From a virus: DNA of 64,000 nt. The notes beneath the pieces were generated by a model, which was given only the letters and a program-made list of their open reading frames with translations, made no database searches and was not told the origin of the DNA. Every line of letters starts with the position of its first letter. Positions within the stretch are counted from its first letter, which is position 1. The stretch lies in the IMG/VR virus record IMGVR_UViG_3300015607_002850, positions 2,512 to 66,511 of that record. The stretch is one strand, 5' to 3'. Below, in pieces: positions 38,692-49,402 of this stretch. A program made the position numbers and the translations under genes.

Positions 38692-40578
38692 ATGGCAAAA
38701 GATGTAATAATAGGAATTGACTTAGGAACAACAAACTCTTGTGTTGCTGTGGTCGAAGGCGGTGAGCCAGTTGTTATTGCTAACTCTGAAGGTAAGAGAA
38801 CAACACCATCGGTAGTTGGTTTCACAGATAGTGATAGAAAAATTGGTGACCCTGCTAAACGTCAGGCGGTAACTAACCCAAAAAATACAGTTTACTCAAT
38901 AAAGAGATTTATTGGTAAAGATTTCTCTGTTTGTACAGATGAGGTTAAAAGAGTACCTTATGAAGTAGTTAAATCTGGTTCTAACGTACCATCTGTTAGA
39001 ATTGGAGATAGAAACTATACCCCACAAGAAATATCAGCTATGATTCTTCAGAAAATGAAGAAAACTGCTGAAGATTTCTTAGGTCAAGAAGTAAAAAGAG
39101 CAGTTATTACTGTTCCTGCATACTTCGGTGATGCTGAAAGAACTGCAACAATTGAGGCAGGTGAAATCGCTGGACTTAAAGTTGAGCGTATCATCAATGA
39201 ACCAACTGCTGCGGCTTTAGCATATGGTCTTGATAAGAAGAATCAAGATCAAAAGATTATCGTATATGACCTAGGTGGTGGTACATTCGATATATCTGTA
39301 TTAGAAATTGGTGATGGTGTATTTGAAGTTAAATCTACCGATGGTGATACTCACTTAGGTGGTGATGACTTCGATAACTCTATCATCACTTGGATGGTCG
39401 ATGAGTTTAAATCTGAGCACTCTATGGACTTATCAAAGGATGCAATGGCTTTACAACGTCTTAAAGACGCTGCTGAAAAAGCTAAGATTGAATTATCTTC
39501 TACAACACAGACAGAAATCAATCTACCTTACATTACCGCAAAAGATGGAATGCCTTTACACTTTGTAAAGACATTAACAAGAGCTAAGTTTGACCAAATG
39601 ACATCATTCTTAGTTGATAAGACTATAAAGTGTTGTCAATCAGCTCTTAAGAATGCGGGTATTAAAAACTCAGATATTGATGAAGTTATTCTTGTTGGTG
39701 GTTCTACAAGAATCCCAGCTGTTCAAGAAGCAGTTGAGAAGTTCTTCAATAAAAAGCCTAACAAGTCTGTAAATCCTGATGAGGTTGTCGCAATCGGTGC
39801 CTCTATACAAGGAGCAGTTTTAACTGGTAGTATTACAGACGTATTACTTCTTGACGTTACTCCACTTTCACTTGGTATTGAAACTATGGGTGGGGTTATG
39901 ACTAAATTAATTGAAGCTAATACCACAATTCCGACCCGTAAGTCAGAAACATTTTCAACAGCTTCAGATAATCAACCATCTGTTGAGATTCACGTTCTTC
40001 AAGGTGAGAGACCTATGGCAAGAGACAATAGACCTTTAGGTAGATTCCACTTGGATGGTATAATGCCAGCTCCTCGTGGTATTCCACAAATCGAAGTTAC
40101 ATTCGATATTGATGCTAATGGTATACTTTCTGTGTCTGCTAAAGATAAAGCTACAGGTAAGGAGAACAAAATTAGAATCGAAGGTGGTTCTCAGTTATCT
40201 AAGGATGAAATCCAAAGAATGAAGGAAGAGGCAGAAGCAAATGCTGAGTCTGATAGACTTGAAAAAGAAAAGGCAGACAAAGTTAATCAAGCTGATTCTC
40301 TTATTTTCCAAACTGAAAAACAAATGAAAGAGTTCTCTGACAAATTGACAGAGGATGATAGAAAGAACCTACAAAGTGCTTTAGATGAGTTGAGAAAAGC
40401 CCATTCTTCTAAGGAGGTTAGTCAAATTGATGAATCTTCTAAGAAGTTAAATGATACTTGGGCAGCTATAAGCACAAGATTGTATCAACAACAATCTAAT
40501 GAATCTAACAACACCGATAGTAATAGTGGTAATGAAGACGGTGATGTACAAGACACTTCTTACGAAGAAGTGAAATAA
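38692..40578 (+). CDS. dnaK: molecular chaperone DnaK
   Basis: [31 protein letters not shown]; full length. Confidence 0.98.
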   Translation: MAKDVIIGIDLGTTNSCVAVVEGGEPVVIANSEGKRTTPSVVGFTDSDRKIGDPAKRQAVTNPKNTVYSIKRFIGKDFSVCTDEVKRVPYEVVKSGSNVPSVRIGDRNYTPQEISAMILQKMKKTAEDFLGQEVKRAVITVPAYFGDAERTATIEAGEIAGLKVERIINEPTAAALAYGLDKKNQDQKIIVYDLGGGTFDISVLEIGDGVFEVKSTDGDTHLGGDDFDNSIITWMVDEFKSEHSMDLSKDAMALQRLKDAAEKAKIELSSTTQTEINLPYITAKDGMPLHFVKTLTRAKFDQMTSFLVDKTIKCCQSALKNAGIKNSDIDEVILVGGSTRIPAVQEAVEKFFNKKPNKSVNPDEVVAIGASIQGAVLTGSITDVLLLDVTPLSLGIETMGGVMTKLIEANTTIPTRKSETFSTASDNQPSVEIHVLQGERPMARDNRPLGRFHLDGIMPAPRGIPQIEVTFDIDANGILSVSAKDKATGKENKIRIEGGSQLSKDEIQRMKEEAEANAESDRLEKEKADKVNQADSLIFQTEKQMKEFSDKLTEDDRKNLQSALDELRKAHSSKEVSQIDESSKKLNDTWAAISTRLYQQQSNESNNTDSNSGNEDGDVQDTSYEEVK

Positions 40579-40580
40579 AT

Positions 40581-40608
40581 AAAAACCCAGTCATTGACTG
40601 GGTTTTTT
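40581..40608 (+). terminator. intrinsic terminator after dnaK
   Basis: AAAAACCCAGTCA-T-TGACTGGGTTTTT inverted repeat. Confidence 0.75.
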
Positions 40609-40626
40609 ATTAAAATCTATAAGCAT

Positions 40627-40902
40627 ATGGGAAAATGGGTATTTGTATGTAAAGTTTGGCAAAATTTCACTTATGGTAAAGTATATGAAGGTGAACTCGA
40701 GCCATTTAATGATTCAATATTAAATGTTCCTAATGATAAAGGAGAATTATGCCAACCATCTCTATATGGGATTGAGGAATGTGGTGATTATAAGTCTGTT
40801 GTTAGAAGATACGGTGCGGCTTATAGAAAAGTACCATATTTTGTGACATTGGAAGAATGGAGAGAATCTAAAATAAACGAAATAATTGAAGATGAAGATT
40901 AA
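40627..40902 (+). CDS. hypothetical protein with C-terminal RxxKIxxI tag
   Basis: Ends WRESKINEIIEDED. Confidence 0.65.
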   Translation: MGKWVFVCKVWQNFTYGKVYEGELEPFNDSILNVPNDKGELCQPSLYGIEECGDYKSVVRRYGAAYRKVPYFVTLEEWRESKINEIIEDED

Positions 40903-41881
40903 TAATTATATAAAAAGCTTATCTATGAAGGATAAGAAAACACTTTCTCAGAAAGGGTTGAAGTTAGCCGAAGAAGTTGGTGAATTAGCAAAGGCTATAT
41001 TACCTTATGATTCAGCACATGGGACTAATCATAGATTTATTGATAGAGAAAAGATATTAGAGGAGGTTGTAGATGTTTATTTAACAAACATATCAATTGC
41101 TCACTCACTTGGTTTCTCCGATGAGGAATTTAATGATATGCTCATTAAGAAATCTGAAAAATGGAACGAATTGCAATCCAGAGAAGAAAAGGCAGAGTTT
41201 CCATTACCATTTGAAATACACATTACTGTTGAGGTCAGTGGTGATAATTTTGATTTAGAATATATGGATGGTAGTTTGGATTATTTCAAACAGTGTTGTG
41301 GGATAATTGGTGTGAAACCAGTTGTTATAGACTTAGAAATAAATGGTGAGTCACCTATGAAAGATATTATGACAAGCTCAAAACATTTTGGTGATAACAG
41401 AAGTGCATATGAAGAATCTGAGCGTATCAGTGATGAGTTGGGTAAGATGGGTTATAAAGTAGTAAGAAAGAAAATAGAGACTGTACCTTGGCATCCTGGT
41501 GCACCAGTTATATCAACTGGTAAAGATATACCAAATGGATGTTATTTTGAATCACATATTGGCGTTATTATTACACCAGGTAGAGAAAAGGATAATCTAA
41601 ACGATTTTGTTAATATTACTCTTAGTGATAGTTCTATTATCGAACTATGGGGTACTGCTAAACTTTCTCAAAACTTCTTCAAGAAGTCAAAAAACGGTGA
41701 TAAGTTTGTTAATATGTTAACATATAGATGTAATAGAATAGGAGCACCTACATTCAAATTACAAGTTGAGTCAATAAAAGAATTACTCAATCAATATGGG
41801 TATGAATTTGAAAAAGTAGAGGTAGAATATGCAATCTATGATACAAATGTCACACATGATGCAAAATGGATAACTGGATAA
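40892..41881 (+). CDS. MazG-like NTP pyrophosphohydrolase fused to an uncharacterised domain
   Basis: KLAEEVGELAKAI...EEVVDV; C-terminal domain with FEIHITV and YFESHIGV. Confidence 0.7.
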   Translation: MKINNYIKSLSMKDKKTLSQKGLKLAEEVGELAKAILPYDSAHGTNHRFIDREKILEEVVDVYLTNISIAHSLGFSDEEFNDMLIKKSEKWNELQSREEKAEFPLPFEIHITVEVSGDNFDLEYMDGSLDYFKQCCGIIGVKPVVIDLEINGESPMKDIMTSSKHFGDNRSAYEESERISDELGKMGYKVVRKKIETVPWHPGAPVISTGKDIPNGCYFESHIGVIITPGREKDNLNDFVNITLSDSSIIELWGTAKLSQNFFKKSKNGDKFVNMLTYRCNRIGAPTFKLQVESIKELLNQYGYEFEKVEVEYAIYDTNVTHDAKWITG

Positions 41882-42141
41882 TAGTTGATAGAATAAAAAG
41901 AGGCATTCTGTATTATAATATCGGGGATGAGGTTGTCCTTTTCAGAAGGAAGGGAAAATACCCAAAGGATATAGATGATAAACAAACCTATACTATTACT
42001 GATATACAGGGAGACTTCTTAATTGTTAATAAAAAGTCATTAAATGGAATGGGTTGGATGGCACCTATAAAGGTACATAAGACTTATATGGTTCCGAAAT
42101 ATGGGATCAGAGATATTAAAATTGATATTTTATTCCGGTAG
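41866..42141 (+). CDS. hypothetical protein with C-terminal RxxKIxxL tag
   Basis: Ends IRDIKIDILFR. Confidence 0.6.
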   Translation: MDNWIIVDRIKRGILYYNIGDEVVLFRRKGKYPKDIDDKQTYTITDIQGDFLIVNKKSLNGMGWMAPIKVHKTYMVPKYGIRDIKIDILFR

Positions 42142-42188
42142 ACGAAACATTTCTCGTCTGACAGATATAATTAAAAAATAAAGCATAT

Positions 42189-42425
42189 ATGGATATTGCA
42201 AAAAAATTGAACCGTGACTACTACATTAAAATGAGAATTAAGGGGTATTCACACGAATCATTAACATCAAAGGTTTTTCCACCAGAAAGAACAGAGAAAT
42301 TTGTTAGTGATGTTGAAGATTTGAAAGATGTTGACTTTACAAAGAATGTTGACATAGATCAATTAGTTAATGGAATTAAAAAAGAAAATAAGACTTCAAG
42401 TAAAAAGAAGTCTCAAAAAATATAA
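42189..42425 (+). CDS. hypothetical protein
   Basis: 78 aa ORF. Confidence 0.6.
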   Translation: MDIAKKLNRDYYIKMRIKGYSHESLTSKVFPPERTEKFVSDVEDLKDVDFTKNVDIDQLVNGIKKENKTSSKKKSQKI

Positions 42426-42431
42426 TAATAA

Positions 42432-43604
42432 ATGGCTAAATTAGTACTTACCCAGATAATGAAGAATGAGTCACACGTTGTAACCCGAATGTTAGACTCG
42501 ATAAAATCTATCGTTGATATAGTAGTTATGATTGATACTGGATCAACCGACAACACAATAGAGGTTGTTAAAAAATGGGGTGAAAATAATAATATCGAAA
42601 CTCACGTCTTTGAAAGACCATTTGATAATTTCGAGGCATCTAGAAATTACTCAATAGAAATGGCAAGACAAGTCACCAAAAATAGAGGAAATGACTATTG
42701 GGGATTCTGGCTTGATTGTGATGAGCAATTAGTTGTTGATCCAAAAGTTTTTGATAAATCAAAAATCAATAAAGACCTTTATATGTTTAACACATATATC
42801 GGTACAATGAAATATACAAGAAACGAATGCTACAAAATTGATAAGGCATTTAGATTCTATGGTCCTGTTCATGAATTCATCGTATGTGATGATAAAACTA
42901 TCACATCTGGATTGATGGAAGGATTACACGTTAATGTGCAAATGGATGGTGGTTCTTGGAAAGGTAATATTCCTGAGAAGTATAAATCACACGCATTTGT
43001 TCTTGAAAAATATATTGACGCAAATCGTCAAGATCCAAGATGGATATTCTATACAGCTCAATCGTACCACGATTCTGCTTCAATTCCTGATAACAGAGAA
43101 GAAAACGAAGAAAGATTAAGAAGAGCTATTAAGTATTACAAAGAAAGAGTTAATAGAAATGATGGATATGTTGAGGAGATATTCTATTCACAATATAGAA
43201 TTGGTACAATAATGAAAGTTATTGAGTCTCCTTGGTCAGAAACACATCAAGAATTACTTAAAGCTTACGCATTAGACCCATTAAGAGGTGAACCAATCAA
43301 GGCAATAATTGATTACTACTTACAAGTTGGTGAGTGGAACAATGCTTACCTATACAGTAAGTTTGCAAAGGTTAACTTCCACGGTAAGAATCCTTATCCA
43401 CAAAGATTATTATTCGTTGATGAGTCTTTATACATTTGGAAATTCACAGAAGTACACGCTGCTGCTTGTTTCTACACTGGTAGAATGGATGAAGCTAAGG
43501 CAAACTATCAAGAAATGGTTAGATTGACAAAAACACATCCTCAGTACTTTACTCCGGATGACTTGAATAAAATAGCTATGAACGGTCAGTTTTTTAACAA
43601 ATGA
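42432..43604 (+). CDS. GT2 glycosyltransferase with TPR-like C-terminus
   Basis: IMKNESHV, IDTGSTDNT, WLDCDE, GPVHE, FYTAQSY helical repeats. Confidence 0.85.
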   Translation: MAKLVLTQIMKNESHVVTRMLDSIKSIVDIVVMIDTGSTDNTIEVVKKWGENNNIETHVFERPFDNFEASRNYSIEMARQVTKNRGNDYWGFWLDCDEQLVVDPKVFDKSKINKDLYMFNTYIGTMKYTRNECYKIDKAFRFYGPVHEFIVCDDKTITSGLMEGLHVNVQMDGGSWKGNIPEKYKSHAFVLEKYIDANRQDPRWIFYTAQSYHDSASIPDNREENEERLRRAIKYYKERVNRNDGYVEEIFYSQYRIGTIMKVIESPWSETHQELLKAYALDPLRGEPIKAIIDYYLQVGEWNNAYLYSKFAKVNFHGKNPYPQRLLFVDESLYIWKFTEVHAAACFYTGRMDEAKANYQEMVRLTKTHPQYFTPDDLNKIAMNGQFFNK

Positions 43605-43822
43605 TAACTAATAAAAAAATAGGTCATTTTATACGAAAGTATGCATGGTCTTTCTGGTTAGGTATTATGACTACTTCCTTTGGTGTGTCTGTGGCTGATC
43701 TAAAGTGGTGGATATATGTTGTTCCACTATGTCTTTTACTTGGTATATCAGAAAAACAAGCTTTGGAAGACCAAAAAAATGAGTTGACTAAGAATGATAA
43801 ACCTAATAGCAGCGGTTTCTAA
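43601..43822 (+). CDS. small two-TM membrane protein
   Basis: Two hydrophobic segments. Confidence 0.55.
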   Translation: MITNKKIGHFIRKYAWSFWLGIMTTSFGVSVADLKWWIYVVPLCLLLGISEKQALEDQKNELTKNDKPNSSGF

Positions 43823-44276
43823 AAATTGGGTTATTGGTAACAATAATACTTTAATATGGAAACTACCAGCAGACTTAAAGAGATTTAAGGAGATAACAAG
43901 TGGTCACCCAGTTATAATGGGTAGAAAAACCTACGAATCAATTGGTAGACCACTTCCTAATAGGAGAAATATAATAATAACAAGAGATGTTAATTATTCG
44001 GTTGATGGGTGTGAAGTAACACACTCATTAACTGATGCTCTGGAGTTAGTAAAAGACTCTGAGGTATTTATAATTGGAGGTGGTGAAATATATCAACAAT
44101 CTATGAGTATTGCTGATAGAATCTACCTTACAATAGTACATGAGAATTTCAATGGTGATACTTATTTCCCAGAAATAGGAGATGAGTGGATAAAAGTTAA
44201 GAGGGAAGATCATCAACCTGATGAAAAAAATCAATACAAATACTCTTTCATAGATTATGAAAAATACACATTCTAA
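43794..44276 (+). CDS. folA: dihydrofolate reductase
   Basis: IAAVSKNWVIG, WKLPADLKRFK, IMGRKTYES, LPNRRNI, IGGGEIY, GDTYFP. Confidence 0.96.
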   Translation: MINLIAAVSKNWVIGNNNTLIWKLPADLKRFKEITSGHPVIMGRKTYESIGRPLPNRRNIIITRDVNYSVDGCEVTHSLTDALELVKDSEVFIIGGGEIYQQSMSIADRIYLTIVHENFNGDTYFPEIGDEWIKVKREDHQPDEKNQYKYSFIDYEKYTF

Positions 44277-44835
44277 ACACAAAGGTAAACTAATTACATT
44301 TATTGGTGCTCCAAGTTCTGGTAAATCAACACTTGCTTCACAAGTACATACTGAGATGAAGAAACTTGGAAAAAACTCTGTGTTTGTTGGAGAAGCGGCT
44401 ACTGATTTTATAGCTGAGTATGGTACTCCCAATTCACCATCAGACCAGATGGTTATCTTCTATAAACAATTAGAAAGAGAGAGAATGTTTTTAGATTCTA
44501 AGGATTATGTAATATGTGATTCTAGTTCAATTTTGAATTACTTTTACTTTAGAACATTATTTCCTATGAGTCTATCTAATAAAGATATTGCTACGATAAA
44601 TCATTTACAAAAAGAGATATTGAAGACAATAAACTCTTGGGACTACATATTCTATGTTCCTCCTATTGATACGAATGTAGATGATGGTATTCGTTTTCAC
44701 AATAAAGAACAAATATCAAAGATTGATAGATGGATTAAATCATATTTAGAGATGGAGAATATTTATCACGTAGATTTGTCCAGATACAATTTATCTCAAC
44801 GTGTTGATGAAGTTGTGAAAATAATCGGTAGGTAA
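44257..44835 (+). CDS. P-loop kinase/ATPase (NadR/AAA_28-like)
   Basis: GAPSSGKST, VICDSS, DDGIRF. Confidence 0.75.
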   Translation: MKNTHSKHKGKLITFIGAPSSGKSTLASQVHTEMKKLGKNSVFVGEAATDFIAEYGTPNSPSDQMVIFYKQLERERMFLDSKDYVICDSSSILNYFYFRTLFPMSLSNKDIATINHLQKEILKTINSWDYIFYVPPIDTNVDDGIRFHNKEQISKIDRWIKSYLEMENIYHVDLSRYNLSQRVDEVVKIIGR

Positions 44836-45519
44836 TCAATATTCAACTTTATGTCTTTTAACATCTCTATTAACCTTACTACAAAGTGGTTGTAGATTAG
44901 TGTAGTGATTTAGTCTGTATATTTCTTCCTCATTACTTGCTGAGGAAGTAGGAACAATATGATCAATATCCCACCCATAATTAAATTCACCATTATATCT
45001 ACCATAGTTTTCCCAATTCATCCATGGTTCAAATTTGGATTCTAAATATTTTAGAAAATCACTGAGTGAGATACCAATTATATCCTCTGTTTTTTTAGAT
45101 TTAGTAAGACCTTTTTTCTTTATTGAATTTCGGATTAAACCCCTTAGATTTTCTTTGAGTCTAAATAAATTATTAGTTGAGAAATAGAATTTAGACCTTT
45201 CTATATTTTTCCTAATAATAGATTCTCTATTATTTTGGTAATACTCTGCCTTCTGTGACAATAATCTGTCCTTGTTTTTCTCCCTATATTGTTTTTTCTT
45301 TAAAGAAAGCTCCTCTTTATTATTGATCCAATAATTATAATTTAAAATTTTAGCCTTTTCTTTAGAAGATTCTTTAGATTGGTATTTCTTAGTGGCATCT
45401 TTGGTCTTTTTGTTATGACACTTTTTACAGTTTTTTCTTAAACCATTGGGTGAGTCACTTCTTTTGTAAAACTCAGATGAATCTTTTTCCTCACCACAAT
45501 CAACACATTTAACCAACAT
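44836..45519 (-). CDS. HNH homing endonuclease with N-terminal Zn finger
   Basis: CVDCGEEK..CKKC; WMNWENYG..WDIDHIVP..HYTNLQPLCSKVN. Confidence 0.85.
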   Translation of the reverse strand: MLVKCVDCGEEKDSSEFYKRSDSPNGLRKNCKKCHNKKTKDATKKYQSKESSKEKAKILNYNYWINNKEELSLKKKQYREKNKDRLLSQKAEYYQNNRESIIRKNIERSKFYFSTNNLFRLKENLRGLIRNSIKKKGLTKSKKTEDIIGISLSDFLKYLESKFEPWMNWENYGRYNGEFNYGWDIDHIVPTSSASNEEEIYRLNHYTNLQPLCSKVNRDVKRHKVEY

Positions 45520-46143
45520 TTACTTACTTAGTAGCTTTATTAAGTCTTCTGTAATTTTAGTTATAAGTTTTTTACCACCAATATCAACAATTGGGATATT
45601 TCGAATCATTGAGTATTTATCATTACCATCAACTGACATTTTAGATATAGACTCACATATAGATTTATTACCCTTGTTCTTAGATATATAATATGATTTT
45701 AATTCATTTACGAATTTAGCCAAATCAACACCTTCTTTATAGTTATACTTAACCATTTGAAGTTCATTATCCTTCTCAACCATTATATACCAAATAGATT
45801 TCTTAGAAACTTTAACATTTTCTAAGAAGTTATAAGCCTTTGATGCTTTAACATTTCTAGGGAATTTTGCAACTTTACCATAAGTCTCAACCTTAGACTC
45901 ATTCGACTCTTCATCATTTTCAAAATCATCATCAGATGGTAAATCGATATCCTGATCTTGAGGAATCATATCCTTTCTAGATTTAGGCTTTTCAATCTTC
46001 TTAGAGTCTTTAGGCAAATTTGGATTCATAGGAATATCGGAATCCTTATCTGGTTGAATTGATGGTTTTACTTCCTCTACTTCTTTTTTCCCAGATTTTA
46101 TGTCTGAGAACTTCTTGAATCCGGATATTCTTTTATCTGCCAT
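45520..46143 (-). CDS. hypothetical protein
   Basis: 207 aa; late promoter upstream. Confidence 0.65.
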   Translation of the reverse strand: MADKRISGFKKFSDIKSGKKEVEEVKPSIQPDKDSDIPMNPNLPKDSKKIEKPKSRKDMIPQDQDIDLPSDDDFENDEESNESKVETYGKVAKFPRNVKASKAYNFLENVKVSKKSIWYIMVEKDNELQMVKYNYKEGVDLAKFVNELKSYYISKNKGNKSICESISKMSVDGNDKYSMIRNIPIVDIGGKKLITKITEDLIKLLSK

Positions 46144-46213
46144 AGTTTTGAAATACTTGTTTGTTTATTTATATATTAATAAATAATATTGGTTTTTTTA
46201 ATTCTATTAATTT

Positions 46214-46468
46214 TTAACCATTATGTTTATAATAATACTTATCAACGATGTAATTTTTGAAATTTTTCATAACATTCATCTGATCAAAAACGATACTCGT
46301 TAATCCTTGTAACTTATTTAAGAACCCATTCATTATATCATTCTCATACATATATGGAGATAATGACTTATTTAAAATAGACTTCTCATAATCAACATAT
46401 TCATTGTTTGTGTCATGTCTATGTTTCATGTAGTTTATTTCTGGGAGTTGTCTTCTATTATATAACAT
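46214..46468 (-). CDS. hypothetical protein
   Basis: 84 aa downstream of the baseplate gene. Confidence 0.6.
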   Translation of the reverse strand: MLYNRRQLPEINYMKHRHDTNNEYVDYEKSILNKSLSPYMYENDIMNGFLNKLQGLTSIVFDQMNVMKNFKNYIVDKYYYKHNG

Positions 46469-46481
46469 ATTCTATATATTT

Positions 46482-48209
46482 TTAAGCCGATGGTCTGTTT
46501 TTAGCATCAATTGTACCTTTCTTGATTATATTAACCGACTTCAATCCTTTATCATCAATATTGTCTGAGTAGTACACATTATTTCTATCATACCAACCAC
46601 CTCTAACAACAGGTATTTCACTTGGATCGAAAATTATATCACCTAAAACTGGATCTAATCCAGCAGTTTGTTTAGGGTTATAACTTGGGTCTACCTTTTG
46701 TGCTGATATATCTGTGTTAAATCTAGATGCAAACTTATTTAATTTGTTCTTCATCTTTGTTTTATTTTGTCTGTGGTAGTCTTCGTTCTTCTTACAAACA
46801 AATTGAATATCAACAGAGTGTATATCTGGTATTGATGCAATTTCTTTTATTAAATCTACTTTAGGAACTCTATCTATTCTACTAAAATTTAAGAAGTATT
46901 CAGATATTTTATCAAGTATTTGTGCATTAACAGAATCATCTGTTGCGTCTGAGTATGTTATAACGAATACATTCATTATGTAGTATGATAAAGTTGGTGA
47001 ACTTATTTTATACTTCTTTGTTAGTTGTATATTTCCACCAGTTCTTAAATATTTGTCTATTTTAGACTTCTCATAGTCATCCAATTCAAAAGCTCTTATA
47101 TCAATTGTAAAATAGTCAGCATTTTGATTCTTGAATAGTTTTATATTAGGAGTCGCTACCACATAAACAGTACCATTAGTTTCATATGCGTTAACGTGTG
47201 AGAATACTCCAAGTTTTTTAATCTCATATGCGTATTGTTGTGGTAAACCTAAAACGAAGTTATTACTTGCTATAGGTAAAATATTTTTTGTGAAAAGTAG
47301 ATTTTCCTTATCTGCTCCGAAATTTATATCTGTGTAGATGTCGATATTGAATACTTTAGAAGCATCAATTGAGTTACCAAACCCATCAATTGCATCTGTT
47401 ATGAATGACCAATCATTTGGTGTTCTTCTGAAAATGTTACCAAAGGATCCATCAGTTATTATATAATTAACTTGTATAACTGATCCAATTGGAGGAACTG
47501 CTCCGAAACCTGAGTTACCAAAAATTATATCTATACCACCATTAAATCCCGTTCTAACAACACATGCTTGTTCATCAGGTAGTAACTCATACATATGCTT
47601 TTTTATTGGCCAGTAGTCTCCGTTTACTAAAACTTCAACATTAAAATTCTCAATATCTTTTTGACCAGCTAATGCAACTTGGTAAGTTTGTAGTATCTCA
47701 CCTGTTCCAGTAAATATTGTTCTATCCCACTTACCTTGTACTATCGGTAAAAAGAATTGGAAGTTTGGAGATATTTTATGTGTTACTTTATCACTTCCGA
47801 TGTTTACTGAATATTCAAGAGAGTTTGTCTTGTTCTTCATTGCAGTTCTATTATAGAAAGTGATTCTACCACCTGGTATCTCTTTATCTAAGTCAATGTT
47901 TGTCTTTAATGTCAATTTAAGTGTACCTGTAGCACTTATTCCTCTTCCAGGATTGTGTCCTGCAAAGATTGCAGCATTTCTTATTATCCTTTCGTTAAGT
48001 GCATTTGGATCACTTAAGTCGAATTGATTTATGGCATTTTTAAGATATAAAAATGAAAGTTGGTGTAGATTCTGTAAAACAGTTAGTATCTGACCATATG
48101 GTGAAGCTGGTGAAAATAAAACACCTGCTTTGTTATGTTCAGTTTTTAGAAATTTCTCAATTTCAAATTTTATATTCTGATATGTTATTTCAACAAATTT
48201 CAATGCCAT
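46482..48209 (-). CDS. baseplate wedge subunit (T4 gp6/baseplate J-like)
   Basis: SPASPYGQIL, A.FAGHNP.R.ISATG, IIFGNSGFGAVPP.GSVIQVNY..TDG..GN, GADKEN. Confidence 0.75.
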   Translation of the reverse strand: MALKFVEITYQNIKFEIEKFLKTEHNKAGVLFSPASPYGQILTVLQNLHQLSFLYLKNAINQFDLSDPNALNERIIRNAAIFAGHNPGRGISATGTLKLTLKTNIDLDKEIPGGRITFYNRTAMKNKTNSLEYSVNIGSDKVTHKISPNFQFFLPIVQGKWDRTIFTGTGEILQTYQVALAGQKDIENFNVEVLVNGDYWPIKKHMYELLPDEQACVVRTGFNGGIDIIFGNSGFGAVPPIGSVIQVNYIITDGSFGNIFRRTPNDWSFITDAIDGFGNSIDASKVFNIDIYTDINFGADKENLLFTKNILPIASNNFVLGLPQQYAYEIKKLGVFSHVNAYETNGTVYVVATPNIKLFKNQNADYFTIDIRAFELDDYEKSKIDKYLRTGGNIQLTKKYKISSPTLSYYIMNVFVITYSDATDDSVNAQILDKISEYFLNFSRIDRVPKVDLIKEIASIPDIHSVDIQFVCKKNEDYHRQNKTKMKNKLNKFASRFNTDISAQKVDPSYNPKQTAGLDPVLGDIIFDPSEIPVVRGGWYDRNNVYYSDNIDDKGLKSVNIIKKGTIDAKNRPSA

Positions 48210-48216
48210 ATACTAA

Positions 48217-48552
48217 TTAGTTATTTTGTCCACCGATTTCAGATAGATATTCCTTATTAAATCTTTTATTTGAAATCACATCATTGATGTGCTCGTGTAT
48301 ATTATCAACACTAGATACTCTTTCTACTAAATCTGAGTTTTCATTTAATGGGTTTGCATAGTATGACCATTTGAAAACTGGAGATTCTAAATCTTTTTTA
48401 GATATAATCACCTTCATGTTCATATTATCTTTAATTGCATTTACCTCAAAGTAATTACCAAATTGTTGGTTTGACTTCTCCTCTATTTTAACATCACCTA
48501 ATGGTAATAGATTACCATGAATCTTATTTATGTTGTATCTAACGTTACTCAT
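48217..48552 (-). CDS. hypothetical protein
   Basis: 111 aa. Confidence 0.65.
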   Translation of the reverse strand: MSNVRYNINKIHGNLLPLGDVKIEEKSNQQFGNYFEVNAIKDNMNMKVIISKKDLESPVFKWSYYANPLNENSDLVERVSSVDNIHEHINDVISNKRFNKEYLSEIGGQNN

Positions 48553-48678
48553 TACGAAAAATATTTTATTGTATATATAAAATTATTAGTTTGTTCGTTG
48601 ATATTTTGGGAGAAATAAAACCATCAGCATCATTTTAATAATCTAAAATAAATATATACTTTACAAAAGTTTCTTTAT

Positions 48679-49401
48679 ATGATGGAATTAAAAGATATCA
48701 CTTCTATTATTGATAAGTATGGTGCCAAAGGTGCGATATTTATACTAATTTTATTTGGCATAGTATCAGCTGTTAGGAGTAAATGGTTTGGTAAGATAAT
48801 GTCTAAGGCTTCGGATAGGTTCGTTGAAAAATTCATGAAGAGTAAGACAAAAGATATAAACAGTCAGGTTAAAATGATTACCGAGTCTGATATAACAAAT
48901 CACGACATATTCAATTACATTGATTTTTGGATGTACTCTAAAGTACCAACATTTCAATTCTCAACTGAATATAGAACTGTTGTATTTAGAAAATACCTAA
49001 CAATATATCTAAGAAGCTACAAAAGAAATATTTCTGACTTTGTATCTAAAAAAGAATACCAAACAATGGATGATTCACAGGTTTGGAAATCTTTACTTGA
49101 CCTAATCAATAGAATCATATATACATATGAAAGAGAGATGGAAGAGGTTGGTATACCTAAGATAGTTATTGAGAAAATGAAAACTAAAAACAATGATACA
49201 ATATCATTGACAATCGATTTGATTGAGGGTATATGTAATTCTCAATTCTATTCATCTGATAAGAACCTTCTTAAATTATACTCGATATTAAATATTTTAT
49301 TATCTATTCTTGAAAACACAATATCAAATTCTGAGCACATTTGTAATTCAATAAATGGTCAGTTAAAAGGTCTAACATTTGAAGGAAAAACAGAACCATA
49401 A
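48679..49401 (+). CDS. membrane-anchored protein (possible holin-like)
   Basis: Single N-terminal TM (GAIFILILFGIVSAV) plus soluble C-terminal domain. Confidence 0.45.
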   Translation: MMELKDITSIIDKYGAKGAIFILILFGIVSAVRSKWFGKIMSKASDRFVEKFMKSKTKDINSQVKMITESDITNHDIFNYIDFWMYSKVPTFQFSTEYRTVVFRKYLTIYLRSYKRNISDFVSKKEYQTMDDSQVWKSLLDLINRIIYTYEREMEEVGIPKIVIEKMKTKNNDTISLTIDLIEGICNSQFYSSDKNLLKLYSILNILLSILENTISNSEHICNSINGQLKGLTFEGKTEP

Positions 49402-49402
49402 T

